Assembly: GCA_964490365.1 (NCBI GenBank)
Contig: CAZBAG010000002.1
Span: 73,486 to 137,485, forward strand
DNA from: an uncultured Candidatus Saccharibacteria bacterium
Lineage (GTDB): Bacteria > Patescibacteriota > Minisyncoccia > Phycocordibacterales > CSBR16-119
DNA: 64,000 nucleotides
Direction: 5' to 3'
In this document: in pieces, positions 19,644 to 27,499 of the stretch
Position numbering within the stretch: position 1 is the stretch's first letter
Layout of the letters: every line of letters begins with the position of its first letter
Program-made: the position numbers and the translations under genes
Notes under the pieces: model-generated
The model's input: only the letters and a program-made list of their open reading frames with translations
Told to the model about the DNA's origin: nothing
The model's database searches: none

Positions 19644-20096
19644 TTAACTAAGTGGTGCGTCTGAAGAAGTATTAGTTTGAACAGGTGTCTCCTCAGTTGC
19701 ATTTGTTGGCAATGTTGCTTCACATGCAGTTTTTTCTGCTAGAGCTTCTGGAGTTTGTTCTCCTGTGAGCCGTGTTCCATCTGCAAAGATCCATGTAGGA
19801 TAACTTTGGATTTGATTATCAATACATACTTGTGTCTGACCTTTTCCATCTGGGGTTGAACATTCTACATAAGGAAGCAATTCCTCGGATTTTCCAAAAG
19901 CCTTTTTCTGGTTATTACAGTGTGGACACCAAAACGCACCATAGAACTTTGCACCAGCTTCTCCAAGGCATGTTGCTAGAGCATTGTACTGTCCTGGTTT
20001 GCCAGACTCCTTATTACTTTTTTGTTGCAAAATGACGAGTCCGCCAATAACAAGAGCAGCGATAATAACAATTGAAATTATTGTTTGTTTATTCAT
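19644..20096 (-). CDS. membrane-anchored thioredoxin-fold thiol:disulfide oxidoreductase (DsbA/BdbD-like)
   Basis: N-terminal signal anchor and a WCPHC active site. Confidence 0.65.
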   Translation of the reverse strand: MNKQTIISIVIIAALVIGGLVILQQKSNKESGKPGQYNALATCLGEAGAKFYGAFWCPHCNNQKKAFGKSEELLPYVECSTPDGKGQTQVCIDNQIQSYPTWIFADGTRLTGEQTPEALAEKTACEATLPTNATEETPVQTNTSSDAPLS

Positions 20097-20325
20097 GTAT
20101 AATCTAATCTTCTAAATTACTAATAGTCTGATTTTAGGTGTTTTGGGCGCTTTTCGCAAGAAACAAAAATACTTAGCAAGGTTTGATGGTTTTCTCGGTA
20201 GATCGGTCACGAGTTACTAATTCCCTTCGGTCATAAGTACTCTCGACCCCGTCTCGCGATGCTCACAGGTTCGCATAACGCTCCGACCTTCGATTCCTAC
20301 ACGAAAGCAAAACTGTTTGCTTTCT

Positions 20326-20380
20326 CGAGAGGACAAAATGAAAAACCGCCTTACGGGCGGTTTTTCATTTTGTCCTCTCG
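20326..20380 (-). terminator. 25-bp perfect inverted repeat forming the tRNA-Lys trailer hairpin/terminator
   Basis: cgagaggacaaaatgaaaaaccgcc ttac ggcggtttttcattttgtcctctcg. One arm contains the tRNA-Lys 3' acceptor strand, and the other arm is an inverted copy of that 3' end. Confidence 0.55.
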
Positions 20381-20445
20381 GTAGGAATCGAACCTACGAC
20401 CGTCTCCTTAAAAGGGAGCTGCTCTACCAACTGAGCTACGAGAGG
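20373..20445 (-). tRNA. tRNA-Lys (anticodon TTT)
   Basis: Manual cloverleaf: acceptor cctctcg/cgagagg, D-arm gctcagttggtagagc, anticodon loop cttttaa, T-arm gtaggttcgattcctac. No CCA is encoded. Confidence 0.8.
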
Positions 20446-20505
20446 ATATTAAAAATCTCACAAAGAGATTAAAAATACTCTACGAATATACACAACTTTT
20501 ATCTT

Positions 20506-21006
20506 TTGGTCAATTGGTGTAAGATGCATGCCATGGAACGAGAACATATTCTTATTCTTCATGACATCCGAAGCGCCCAAAATGTGGGAGCTATTTTCCG
20601 CACAGCTGATGCATGTGGAATCTCAAAAATAATTTTGTCGGGCTATTCGCCAGCGCCAATTGATCGCTTTGGTCGTACAAGATCTGATATTACCAAAGCA
20701 TCATTGGGTGCTGAAAATACTATTCCATGGGAATTTTCTAAAAATATTTTTCAAACAGTACAGAGCTTAAAAGAAAAAAACTTTAAAGTTATTTCTATTG
20801 AACAGTCAGAAAATTCAATAGACTATAAAGAGGTGGGGCTCGGCGACAACAATGTTTTTATTGTTGGTAATGAGGTTGGGGGAGTGGAAAAAGAACTCCT
20901 AGATCTTTCTGATGTTGTGGCTGAAATTCCTATGAAAGGAGAAAAAGAATCTCTCAATGTTTCTGTTGCTGCAGGTGTGGCGCTCTTTCGCATGCTCGGT
21001 CTCTAG
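20506..21006 (+). CDS. SpoU/TrmH family RNA 2'-O-methyltransferase
   Basis: SPOUT motifs ILHDIRSAQNVGAIFRTADACG and IVGNEVGGV...LNVSVAAGV. Confidence 0.75.
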   Translation: MVNWCKMHAMEREHILILHDIRSAQNVGAIFRTADACGISKIILSGYSPAPIDRFGRTRSDITKASLGAENTIPWEFSKNIFQTVQSLKEKNFKVISIEQSENSIDYKEVGLGDNNVFIVGNEVGGVEKELLDLSDVVAEIPMKGEKESLNVSVAAGVALFRMLGL

Positions 21007-21013
21007 CTTTAGT

Positions 21014-21174
21014 TTGTTGGAGTGGTAAATGTTGTTGGGCCACCAACACCTTTTGGTGCAGAAATAAGTGGTGTGGTGCCGCCTCCACGCTCTGGGCCAC
21101 CAGTAAGAATCCAAAGGACAAAGAGTCCAAAGAACATAATAAGAAACCATTTTAAAACATCGGTAAGCATACAT
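21014..21174 (-). CDS. possible small membrane protein (53 aa; not in ORF track)
   Basis: Manual translation MLTDVLKWFLIMFFGLFVLWILTGGPERGGG... with one clear TM helix. It is in a different frame from the listed 91-aa ORF, which overlaps trmH and is probably spurious. Confidence 0.3.
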
Positions 21175-21176
21175 TG

Positions 21177-22115
21177 TTAGTTATTTTCTAAAGCTTGGTG
21201 GGCAGGGCAAAAGTGGGCACTTCTTCCTCCAACGACTTTTCTTAGTATAACACCTGGACAACCTCTTTTTTTACAGGGCTGTTTGTTTTTCCCGTAGACA
21301 TTATGTTTGTTTTGAAAGGTGCCTCGTTCACCATGAATGTTTCTGTAATCAGACATTGAATCGCCGCCGAAATTGATTCCATGTTCTAAGAGGGGTTTCA
21401 TGACAAGAAACATTTTCTTGAATTTATTTTCAGAAATGTTTCGCACGGACTCCTCGGGGTGAACACTTGCAAGCCACAACATTTCATCTGAATAAATATT
21501 ACCGATTCCTGTAATAAGTTCCTGATCCATTAACACGTTTTTTATTCTCCCATTTGGTTTTCTATGAAGTAATTCTTTAAAAGAGTTGTAGGTTAGCTTG
21601 ATATCGAGAGCATCTATACCTAAGTCTTTAACATGTTTCGCGGTTGCATCACCAGTTTTTACAAGTGTTACTTTCCCAAATTTTCGTGAATCACAAAATG
21701 CCAAATGTTTGCCATTGGTAAAGTGAATGAGGAAATGTATGAACCTATTGTATGGATCTTGAAGAGATGTATCTTTTTCTGCCCACCAAACCCACGTGTG
21801 ATGCGCTTCTCCGTCTTGTGGTTTCGCAGCGCGATATTTTCCAAACAGAAGGTGTCCGGTCATTTTCATGTGAATAAGGATTGTGAAACCGTTGTTAAGG
21901 TGAATGAAAATATTTTTTCCGTGACGGGTAGTGTTTTTAATGTTAGCGCCTACAACTTGTTTTTTAAATGTGTTCCAAAAGGCTAGATTTTTTATTTCAT
22001 CTTTTCGTGAGTGATTTTTTTGAGGTAGGTCACTCCAGACATCTTTAATGGTCAAACCTTTTACCGTCTGATTGAGGCCTCGCACTGTTGTTTCTACTTC
22101 GGGTAATTCTGGCAT
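21177..22115 (-). CDS. fpg: formamidopyrimidine-DNA glycosylase (Fpg/MutM family)
   Basis: N-terminal MPELPEVE catalytic Pro2/Glu3, H2TH region, and a C-terminal zinc finger CKKRGC...CPAHQ. Confidence 0.85.
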   Translation of the reverse strand: MPELPEVETTVRGLNQTVKGLTIKDVWSDLPQKNHSRKDEIKNLAFWNTFKKQVVGANIKNTTRHGKNIFIHLNNGFTILIHMKMTGHLLFGKYRAAKPQDGEAHHTWVWWAEKDTSLQDPYNRFIHFLIHFTNGKHLAFCDSRKFGKVTLVKTGDATAKHVKDLGIDALDIKLTYNSFKELLHRKPNGRIKNVLMDQELITGIGNIYSDEMLWLASVHPEESVRNISENKFKKMFLVMKPLLEHGINFGGDSMSDYRNIHGERGTFQNKHNVYGKNKQPCKKRGCPGVILRKVVGGRSAHFCPAHQALENN

Positions 22116-22200
22116 GAGTACAGTGTATGTAAAACTCTATAAAAAGGCGAGAATTGATAAGCGCTTAAAAATGTGTTTATATTAGGTTAAATTTGAACCT

Positions 22201-22668
22201 ATGAGTACTTCGGGTATACCCAAAGAGCTTTCAAAGTTGATTGCTAAAAAGCACCGTGAGGACTATCGGCGAGAGCATGGTAGGAATCCTCAAACCGGGA
22301 AAGAATTGTTCGATTCTGTGAAGAATACCATGGACAAGATGACACCAAAAGATTTTGCAGCTTTAAATGTGAGAATCGCTAGGGCCGATGTTGCGCACCT
22401 GGAAATGTTTAGTCGCACTCCCATGGAAAGAATAAATGCACAAAGAGATTTGGAGATAGCTGAAAGAAAGTACCAAGAAACTCCAGGTAAAGAAACCCCG
22501 AGAACACTATCCCTTAGAGAAAAAGTGGTTAATCTACTCTCCCGAGATAAAGAGAAGAATTGGAGAGTGAGAGAGATTGCAGAAGCGCTTGATCATCCCC
22601 CATCAGACGTAGGTATTGTGGTTAGCTTTTTAAGGAAGGAGAATCGGAGAATAAATGTGGTTAAGTAG
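22201..22668 (+). CDS. hypothetical basic protein with a possible C-terminal winged-helix domain
   Basis: 155 aa rich in Lys/Arg/Glu. The segment REIAEALDHPPSDVGIVVSFLRKENR looks wHTH-like. Codon usage (AGG/CGG, higher GC3) differs from its neighbours. Followed by a hairpin terminator at 22675-22704. Confidence 0.4.
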   Translation: MSTSGIPKELSKLIAKKHREDYRREHGRNPQTGKELFDSVKNTMDKMTPKDFAALNVRIARADVAHLEMFSRTPMERINAQRDLEIAERKYQETPGKETPRTLSLREKVVNLLSRDKEKNWRVREIAEALDHPPSDVGIVVSFLRKENRRINVVK

Positions 22669-22674
22669 TTACAA

Positions 22675-22704
22675 GTCTCGAATACTGTTCGAGACTTTTT
22701 CTTT
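22675..22704 (+). terminator. terminator
   Basis: agtctcgaa tactg ttcgagact followed by a T run. Confidence 0.55.
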
Positions 22705-22745
22705 ATAAAAAATAAGAGGTAGGAACCCTTGGTTCCTACCTCTCC

Positions 22746-22940
22746 CTAGTTGTGTGTTGGCTGGATCACTTCTTCAAGGCCTGCTTCTTCTGTGCCTCCA
22801 TGTGCTGTTGTGCTGCTTCTGGCTTGCCACGCGTCTTCTGGTTCTTTTTCATTGTGCTCATGGTCTTCGCGAACCAGTTGTTGGTTATCTGTATGGCTCG
22901 AATAGCAAAAGGTGGAATTCTCGACAAGACTATTTACCAA
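22746..22940 (-). CDS. possible small acidic protein downstream of ruvA (TTG start)
   Basis: 64 aa, follows the ruvA stop by 10 nt. A perfect hairpin terminator lies immediately downstream (22717-22743 with an A run). The + strand ORFs over this region are Cys/Phe-rich antisense artefacts. Confidence 0.25.
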   Translation of the reverse strand: MVNSLVENSTFCYSSHTDNQQLVREDHEHNEKEPEDAWQARSSTTAHGGTEEAGLEEVIQPTHN

Positions 22941-23502
22941 GAATTTTAAGTGCCTGCTTTATCTTTTCGTTTGTCGAAAGTGAATGGTCAATTTCTTTTG
23001 TTGCATTTCGTGATTCATTTTGAGTGTAGCCGAGTGACATAAGAGCAAGAATAACATCTGCTTCACCTTTAAGTGCCCCAGACTCATCGTTATGTCCCAA
23101 ACTTGCAAGTTTGTCGCGCAGTTCTACAACTATTTTTTCTGCAGTCTTTTTACCAATACCAGAAACTTTTGTCATGTACGACATGTCGCCTGTCGCGATA
23201 GCTTTCTTTAGAGTTTCCATTGGAGCAATAGAAAGGATAGAAAGCGCATTCTTTGGTCCAATTCCTGAAACACTGATGAGTAGTTCAAAAAAGTTTTTCT
23301 CATCAATTGTTTGAAAGCCGTACAAGTCGAGTGCATTTTCTCGAACGGCTAAATATGTCCAGAGAGAAAACATTTCTCCAATAGAGGGCGAAGAGGAAAG
23401 TGTGTGTGTTGATGTAAAAATCAAATAGCCAACACTGTTTGCTTCAATAATTAAAAACTTGTTATTTTTTTCTAAAATTTTTCCTTGAATGTGGGCGATC
23501 AT
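22930..23502 (-). CDS. ruvA: Holliday junction DNA helicase RuvA
   Basis: MIAHIQGKI...VGYLIF OB-fold start and HhH motifs (GIGPKNA..., GIGKKTAEKI). Confidence 0.85.
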   Translation of the reverse strand: MIAHIQGKILEKNNKFLIIEANSVGYLIFTSTHTLSSSPSIGEMFSLWTYLAVRENALDLYGFQTIDEKNFFELLISVSGIGPKNALSILSIAPMETLKKAIATGDMSYMTKVSGIGKKTAEKIVVELRDKLASLGHNDESGALKGEADVILALMSLGYTQNESRNATKEIDHSLSTNEKIKQALKILGK

Positions 23503-23647
23503 AGTGATATGAATGTGGTGCTATATACGGTAAGTGTACCATCTTGTAACACCAAAAAGACCCTTGTGTTTTCTTAAAACCTCTGGTATTATGACCTCGT
23601 TCGTAACTTAAGCGTGTCGCATAGGCTTACACATTAAATTTTACATT

Positions 23648-23902
23648 ATGCCAATATCAGCATCAGCAAAAAAATCTCTTCGAGTATCTCACCGAAAAAG
23701 AATCGTGAATGATCGCCGAAGAAAAACAATGAAAGAGTCGATTAAAGAAATCACAAAGCTTGTGAAAGCAGGGAAGAAAGATGACGCAAAAAAACTTCTT
23801 CCAAAAGTGTACAAAGCTATCGATAAAGCAAATAAACGAGGAGTTATTCAAACAAATACTGCATCTCGAAGAAAATCAAGTCTTTCTAAAATGACAAAAT
23901 AA
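23648..23902 (+). CDS. rpsT: 30S ribosomal protein S20
   Basis: MPISASAKKSLRVSHRKRIVNDRRR is typical of S20. 84 aa. Confidence 0.85.
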   Translation: MPISASAKKSLRVSHRKRIVNDRRRKTMKESIKEITKLVKAGKKDDAKKLLPKVYKAIDKANKRGVIQTNTASRRKSSLSKMTK

Positions 23903-23926
23903 AAAATCCCCGTACGGGGATTTTTT
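23901..23926. terminator. bidirectional terminator
   Basis: aaaaaatccccgtacggggatttttt. Confidence 0.6.
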
Positions 23927-24212
23927 ATTTTCGTGATAAGTCTTGAAGTTTTCTTTTTGCAGCTTCTATTTCTTGTTGTAAGCTTTGAATACTTGCTTCT
24001 GTTTGCTCTACTTCTCTTTCTAGGTTTCCTTTTTCTTGTTCTAATTTTCTTAGCTCAGCTTCGTGGTCTCGCTTACTTTTTTCAATATCAGTCTCTACTT
24101 TCTTTACTTTCCCTTGTTTGGTAGCAAGATCTTTTTTTGCTCTATCAATTTCTTGGGTGTGATTTTGAATTTCTGCTTGTATTTGACTAATTGCGGCATT
24201 TAATTCTGACAT
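23925..24212 (-). CDS. coiled-coil protein
   Basis: 95 aa. Heptad-rich charged sequence (EIDRAKKDLATKQGKVKKVETDIEKSKRDHEAELRKLEQEKGNLEREVEQTE). Confidence 0.4.
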   Translation of the reverse strand: MSELNAAISQIQAEIQNHTQEIDRAKKDLATKQGKVKKVETDIEKSKRDHEAELRKLEQEKGNLEREVEQTEASIQSLQQEIEAAKRKLQDLSRK

Positions 24213-24219
24213 ATGGTTA

Positions 24220-24801
24220 TTAATTCAATAAATAAAATTTAGTAATATCGTTTTTATTTCTCACACCAATATCATACATGTCGTTGCCAACTTTTATTGT
24301 GTAGTGGTATGTTGTCATATTTTCATCGGTAAAAGAATATACATCAAAATTCTTTCCGTTAATTTTTTCACTAGGAAGTTTTACTCCATCACTCATCATT
24401 TTTGTAAATTGTTCTATATCATTCCAAACATACAGAGCCATGCTATTTGGTACACGTTTTGATTCTTCTATGTTTGACTGATCTCCAGCACCAAATGTAA
24501 AAATTACACTCATGTAAAGTGGTGTTTCTGGTTTTCTTGTCGCAATAAGATTTGGTAAATCAACAGCAAACTTAAATTCAGTATTTGTATATGAGTATTT
24601 TTTATTTACTACTGGATTTTTTACTGGTTCAGGCGAGGTTTTGTTTTCTGTTGCCATTCCTTCTTCTTGTGTATCAACACTCTCAGGTGCCACTTGTTCA
24701 CCAGTCACCACTTCTTCTGTCGTAGGAGTAACTTTTTTCGAAATGAAAAATGCCACCACTAACACCACAACAACAACCCCTACCATCAAAATATTTTTCA
24801 T
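24220..24801 (-). CDS. membrane-anchored secreted hypothetical protein
   Basis: N-terminal hydrophobic anchor (VGVVVVVLVVAFFI) followed by a Thr/Glu-rich linker. Confidence 0.4.
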   Translation of the reverse strand: MKNILMVGVVVVVLVVAFFISKKVTPTTEEVVTGEQVAPESVDTQEEGMATENKTSPEPVKNPVVNKKYSYTNTEFKFAVDLPNLIATRKPETPLYMSVIFTFGAGDQSNIEESKRVPNSMALYVWNDIEQFTKMMSDGVKLPSEKINGKNFDVYSFTDENMTTYHYTIKVGNDMYDIGVRNKNDITKFYLLN

Positions 24802-24823
24802 ATGATATGTTTCTTAATTACTA

Positions 24824-24920
24824 TGTGCTCTCGGTAGGAATCGCCTCTCCCTTTGGTCGAAACGCACCATTTTTATAATCGCTTCGCTCTTTAAAAATGG
24901 GCGCCCTTGGTTCGATTCCT
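24824..24920 (-). repeat. tRNA-Arg-associated element copy 1: 20-nt direct duplicate of the tRNA 3' end plus an 84-bp conserved core
   Basis: tgtgctctcggtaggaatcg (24824-24843) repeats the tRNA-Arg 3' end at 24955-24974 with one mismatch. Bases 24837-24920 are 100% identical to 28901-28984. The core contains an imperfect hairpin (gcaccatttttat...aaaaatgggcgc) and terminal inverted ggaatcg/cgattcc. Confidence 0.7.
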
Positions 24921-24956
24921 ACCGTAAGTATAAAACTTACTTTGTTCATCCATCTG

Positions 24957-25028
24957 TGCTCTCGGCAGGAATCGAACCTACATTTTAACTTCCGCAAAGT
25001 CATGTCCTATCCATTGAACGACGAGAGC
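24957..25028 (-). tRNA. tRNA-Arg (anticodon reads GCG)
   Basis: Manual cloverleaf: acceptor gctctcg/cgagagc, D-arm gttcaatggataggac, anticodon stem tgact/agtta with loop ttgcgga, T-arm gtaggttcgattcctgc. Confidence 0.65.
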
Positions 25029-25086
25029 TCAAGGCGATAATACAATATTTCTTTTAAAAGTAAAACACCCACATAGAGTAGGTGTT

Positions 25087-25560
25087 TTAGAAACCAAGCC
25101 TGTCCATAATTTTATGAGCAGCTGATTCATGAATCTCTTGTTCTTCTAATACTTGTGACAAGATACTATAAATCTCTCTACCTGTTTCATCCTCTTCAAA
25201 AGGGAGAACCATAACCGGCATAAATGTTTTGTCTGACTGAATGAGTAGCCTTTTTTCTCCGCGAAGTTCTTCCATCCAAAATGAGGAGAGTCGTTCATAA
25301 GGGTAGATACGACCATCAAAATATACACCCTCTGTCGTTATTTTGTATCGTATTCTCTGAGGTTTTGAGAGTCCAAAGAAAAACATTGCAGCTGCAGTCA
25401 AGAGAATAAAAATACCAAAGAGAAAGTTGCCGTAAATAAAAGTGGCAGTACTTCCTGCAACAGCAATTATGCCAAGAGCCCAAAACCAATCCGGCCTTCG
25501 TTTTTTTTGCTGATATTCAAATGCGTCCCACTCCACGAGAATAGTATCATTGTTCATCAC
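25087..25560 (-). CDS. hypothetical membrane protein
   Basis: Two TM helices near the N-terminus. Hairpin downstream at about 25060-25086. Confidence 0.4.
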   Translation of the reverse strand: MMNNDTILVEWDAFEYQQKKRRPDWFWALGIIAVAGSTATFIYGNFLFGIFILLTAAAMFFFGLSKPQRIRYKITTEGVYFDGRIYPYERLSSFWMEELRGEKRLLIQSDKTFMPVMVLPFEEDETGREIYSILSQVLEEQEIHESAAHKIMDRLGF

Positions 25561-25620
25561 TTGTATTTTATCAGATTACTATGAAAGACTACAGAAAATA
25601 TGTCTGTTGAAAAACAAAAA

Positions 25621-25657
25621 CCGGAGTTAATCCGGTTTTTGTTTTTTGCGGAGGCGG
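25621..25657 (-). terminator. terminator after tRNA-Ser
   Basis: aaaaaccggagttaatccggttttt. Confidence 0.55.
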
Positions 25658-25658
25658 T

Positions 25659-25745
25659 GAGATTCGAACTCACGGACCGCGTTAACGGTCTCCTGTTTTC
25701 AAGACAGGTGCCTTCAACCACTCAGCCACGCCTCCGTACAATATG
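25659..25745 (-). tRNA. tRNA-Ser (anticodon TGA), long variable arm
   Basis: Acceptor ggaggcg/cgcctcc, anticodon stem cctgt/acagg with loop cttgaaa, long variable arm gagaccgttaacgcggtccgtga, T-loop gttcgaatc. 87 nt. Confidence 0.8.
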
Positions 25746-25789
25746 GAATACTAGCACGCTTGCCTCAGAATTTCAAACCCTTCACCGTG

Positions 25790-26020
25790 CTATCTATCTA
25801 GGTTGTCTACAGTATCTGATTTTGGTCGCACTGCAAAGAAATAGATAATCTCAAGGATGCCAAATGTATTCAAGACCAAAAGGATAATAAACCAAGGTTT
25901 TGAACCTAGTCTTGCGGCTTTCCAAAGGGCTAATCCTTTCCATGTAATGCTCCATGCAAGGATAAGTCCTAGGGCTGCCATCCCACCAGGCAATGGTATA
26001 AATTGTTCTGCGCCTAACAT
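25790..26020 (-). CDS. small two-TM membrane protein
   Basis: 76 aa with two hydrophobic helices. Confidence 0.35.
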   Translation of the reverse strand: MLGAEQFIPLPGGMAALGLILAWSITWKGLALWKAARLGSKPWFIILLVLNTFGILEIIYFFAVRPKSDTVDNLDR

Positions 26021-26074
26021 ACGTAGATTATAGCACGTGAAGCCAATTAGGGTATTTTGTGGTATTCTCTATGC

Positions 26075-26479
26075 ATGAAGATACTAGGGATTGATTATGG
26101 AGAAAAAAGGATTGGGGTCGCACTTTCTGACGACCAATCAACAATAGCCTTTCCTTATTCGGTTTTGGAAAATAAGGGAAATACCACTGAAGTTATAAAG
26201 GATATACAAAAGAAAGAAGGTTTTACTGATATTATTGTTGGAGATCCAGGATCTAATGCTCTCAAAGAAAAAGTCACTTCTTTTGTAAGGGCTTTGGAAA
26301 ACGAAGGATTTCGGGTTTTTCTTGAAAAAGAGTTTATGACATCGCTCCACACTGACATGTTTACTAAAACAAAACCTATTGCACGGCAATCAAAACAAAA
26401 ACGAGATGTAAAAAAAGATGAATCAGCTGCGGCGCTTATACTTCAACGATTTTTAGACAAACAAGCATTTAAAAAATAA
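26075..26479 (+). CDS. ruvX: putative pre-16S rRNA nuclease / Holliday junction resolvase-like YqgF (RuvX)
   Basis: MKILGIDYGEKRIGVALSD N-terminal motif typical of YqgF. The start was trimmed from 26057. Confidence 0.75.
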   Translation: MKILGIDYGEKRIGVALSDDQSTIAFPYSVLENKGNTTEVIKDIQKKEGFTDIIVGDPGSNALKEKVTSFVRALENEGFRVFLEKEFMTSLHTDMFTKTKPIARQSKQKRDVKKDESAAALILQRFLDKQAFKK

Positions 26480-26490
26480 CACAACATACT

Positions 26491-26850
26491 ATGGAAGATA
26501 TAAAGAAAGAAGAGGGAAACATGATTACCTACGAAGAATTTAAAAAGGTTGAAATGAAAGTAGGGGAGATTATGTCGGTGGAAATTGTTGAAGGTGCTGA
26601 CAAACTTTATAAGTTTATGGTGAATCTTGGAGAAGAAAAACCACGACAAATACTTTCTGCTATTCGAGAATACTATGACAACCCAGATTTTTTTGTTGGA
26701 AAGAAATTAGTATTTGTTTCAAACCTAGAGCCACGAGTTATACGAGGCTTGGAAAGTCAGGGTATGGTTGTTGCTGTTGATGGTTTCGAGAATCAGCCAA
26801 TTTTCTTGGTGCCAGAAGTTGATGTTCCACATGGAAGTAAAGCTCGCTAA
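26491..26850 (+). CDS. tRNA-binding domain protein (CsaA/Trbp111/MetRS C-terminal-like)
   Basis: KVGEIMSVEIVEGADKLYKFMVNLGEE...LVFVSNLEPRVIRGLESQGMVVA matches the OB-fold tRNA-binding (Myf) domain. Confidence 0.65.
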   Translation: MEDIKKEEGNMITYEEFKKVEMKVGEIMSVEIVEGADKLYKFMVNLGEEKPRQILSAIREYYDNPDFFVGKKLVFVSNLEPRVIRGLESQGMVVAVDGFENQPIFLVPEVDVPHGSKAR

Positions 26851-26853
26851 TAT

Positions 26854-27456
26854 ATGAAAAATATTTTTTATTTTTTCAAAAAAGAAAATTTAAAAGAATG
26901 GTTTATAAAGCATGGAGATTCTAAAAAATCCGCAGTTCTGTTGTGTGTTATTTCATATCTTGAGGCAATATTTTTCCCAATTCCACCAGATTTTTTCTTG
27001 ATGGCTATTCTTGCTTCAAACGAAGGGAAGAGATGGGCGTACTATTCATTTCTTACCTCAATCTTTTCAGTGCTCGGTGGTTTGACGAGTTATATGATTG
27101 GTTTTTTGTTTTTCGATACTCTTGGACAGTCAATCATTGATTTTTATAATATGCAGGCTGATTTCGATAAAGTATCAGTCATCTTTAATGAAAATGCTTT
27201 CTGGGCAGTATTCGTTTCTTCGTTTACTCCACTACCTGACAAAGTGTTTAACCTTGCGTCTGGTTTGTTTAAGCTCAACATTCCAATCTTCCTTATTGCG
27301 TACACACTCGGTCGATCACTTCGATTTTTCTCTGTTGGGATTGTTATGAAAATCTTCGGTGCTCGTATTGCAAAGGTTGTCTACAAACATTTAAACATCA
27401 TTTCTATTGTTGTTGTGCTCGTTCTTGTTCTGTTCGGATTCTTTATTTTCCGATAA
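26854..27456 (+). CDS. DedA/YqaA (SNARE-associated) family membrane protein
   Basis: Conserved AIFFPIPPD motif and a multi-TM topology. Confidence 0.65.
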   Translation: MKNIFYFFKKENLKEWFIKHGDSKKSAVLLCVISYLEAIFFPIPPDFFLMAILASNEGKRWAYYSFLTSIFSVLGGLTSYMIGFLFFDTLGQSIIDFYNMQADFDKVSVIFNENAFWAVFVSSFTPLPDKVFNLASGLFKLNIPIFLIAYTLGRSLRFFSVGIVMKIFGARIAKVVYKHLNIISIVVVLVLVLFGFFIFR

Positions 27457-27499
27457 CTATTCTTTGTAGTTTTCTAAAACCTGTTAAAATTTAGATACG

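Noticed and set aside
20100-20372. Possible tmRNA or other structured RNA downstream of tRNA-Lys (T-loop-like ttcgattcc at 20290)
   Set aside because: The tRNA-like motif does not sit in a foldable T-arm/acceptor context. There is no tag-peptide reading frame ending in AA-stop and no GGGG...CCA ends. Better explained as tRNA-fragment debris plus hairpins. See the related finding.
20899-21174. 91-aa - strand ORF overlapping the 3' end of trmH
   Set aside because: It overlaps trmH by 100 nt and has no features. A 53-aa ORF in another frame with a clear TM helix is the more plausible gene, if any.
22752-23023. Two + strand Cys/Phe-rich ORFs (65 and 89 aa) with GTG starts
   Set aside because: They are the antisense of an acidic coding region. 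The third-position pattern favours the - strand, and the 89-aa one overlaps ruvA.
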